NCBI GenBank assembly: GCA_022813865.1
Contig: JALDZX010000008.1
Span: forward strand, 124,001 to 188,000
Direction: 5' to 3'
Length of the DNA: 64,000 nucleotides
Origin: Xylographa opegraphella
Lineage: Eukaryota
Made by a program: the position numbers and the translations under genes. This document shows positions 63,091 to 64,000 of this stretch, piece after piece; position 1 is the stretch's first letter; every line of letters starts with the position of its first letter. The notes beneath the pieces are model-generated. The model worked only from the letters and a program-made list of their open reading frames with translations, did not search any database and was not told the origin of the DNA.

Positions 63091-64000
63091 AGGTTTTGGC
63101 AGAACCAAGATGTGCGGGCCAGGCTCGGCACCTTCAAGTTGTAACTGCAACAGTATTTCGAGTATAAGAGAGAAGTTCAGTCAAAGGCGAAGGAACTCAT
63201 CGTTGACACGCCTCTTCTGTGGATTTTCCCGAAACAGCATATAGAATAAGTTGTGGAAGAAGAGTAACGCGTTGAAGATCCTAGGGGGCTTGGAGGTCTA
63301 TTTTATTATAGCAGCAAAAATAGATGATCAAATTGCGGATTGGTCCATGGAAAGTCTATAGACTTACGAAATATATAACTGTACGTTTAACGACTTTTCC
63401 AACTCGCGTATTGCAGAAAGAAATATATAACTTATTAATAAATTTTTCGATTACGAAATTCGCGTACATGCTCGGACATAAGCTGGTGCGGTTAGATATG
63501 CCGGTGCAGGTTGTGGAGAACGCCAGATCAAAGAGATGTCTGGGGAGTTGGGTTCGATAGAATGCTATTGTTGGGGCGCTTGGTATCCACTGCAAGGGGA
63601 TCTATCGTTGCTGGATTCTATAAGTTAACAGATACATAATGCGTAGCTTTACGGATATCATTACGGTGTTTAACAACTGTATGACATTGTATTATGACAA
63701 GAGACCCCTTGTTCCATAACGAGCTTCTTGAGCACGCGAATATGGTCGAGCCTAGTCCCAATAAGGCTGAAAAGGCAAACCCGGAGCGGAACAAATCTCC
63801 TCCAGTAGATAGTCGTAGCTTTTTGTATTCCCCCATCGTCCGCCTGAAGACATTCACCATCCAGCGCACCTTGCCAAGCCCAAGACTCCAGCTTCTCGAG
63901 GTTCAATGTCACTCGCCAGAGCACCAACTGGCCCCCGACCAGCCCAAGAACTCCAAGGCGGTGTGACTCTTCCGCCCACTCCTGGTAAATTCTGCCATGC

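Noticed and set aside
63670..63999. Open minus-strand frame running off the window edge
   Set aside because: Could be a gene 3' end but shows no recognisable similarity; needs the adjacent sequence.
57200..64000. Starship or other giant-transposon cargo region
   Set aside because: No tyrosine-recombinase captain gene or element boundary is visible in the window.

Overview
Eukaryotic DNA from a filamentous ascomycete (Pezizomycotina-type genes; short GT-AG introns with CTRAY branch sites), with one assembly gap (N at 16510). Intact genes: 3' end of a BTB/ankyrin-type protein, IND1/NUBPL, a cAMP-receptor-like GPCR, a BSD-domain protein, an EF-hand MscS-like channel, RAD4/XPC, a disordered hypothetical protein, BFR2/AATF, Yap1/NapA, an intronless FAD-linked oxidase, SPF30, SUP35/eRF3, YRB30, a secreted putatively GPI-anchored protein and an HSL-type lipase. 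Between them lie decaying accessory genes: an AAA ATPase with a broken 5' end, a BBOX/TauD dioxygenase pseudogene, a caspase-fold-like protease pseudogene, probable HET, NB-ARC and kinase fossils, and a Gypsy chromodomain fragment. Most striking unexplained signals: (1) a recurrent C-rich to G-rich strand-skew switch near gene 3' ends, strong enough to change codon and amino-acid usage; (2) an unannotated gene family with a clan-CD (caspase/legumain-like) His-Gly...Cys motif layout; (3) pseudogenisation dominated by single-base deletions and confined to accessory genes. No tRNA, rRNA or CRISPR array was found. All family calls are from manual motif recognition, without database searches.
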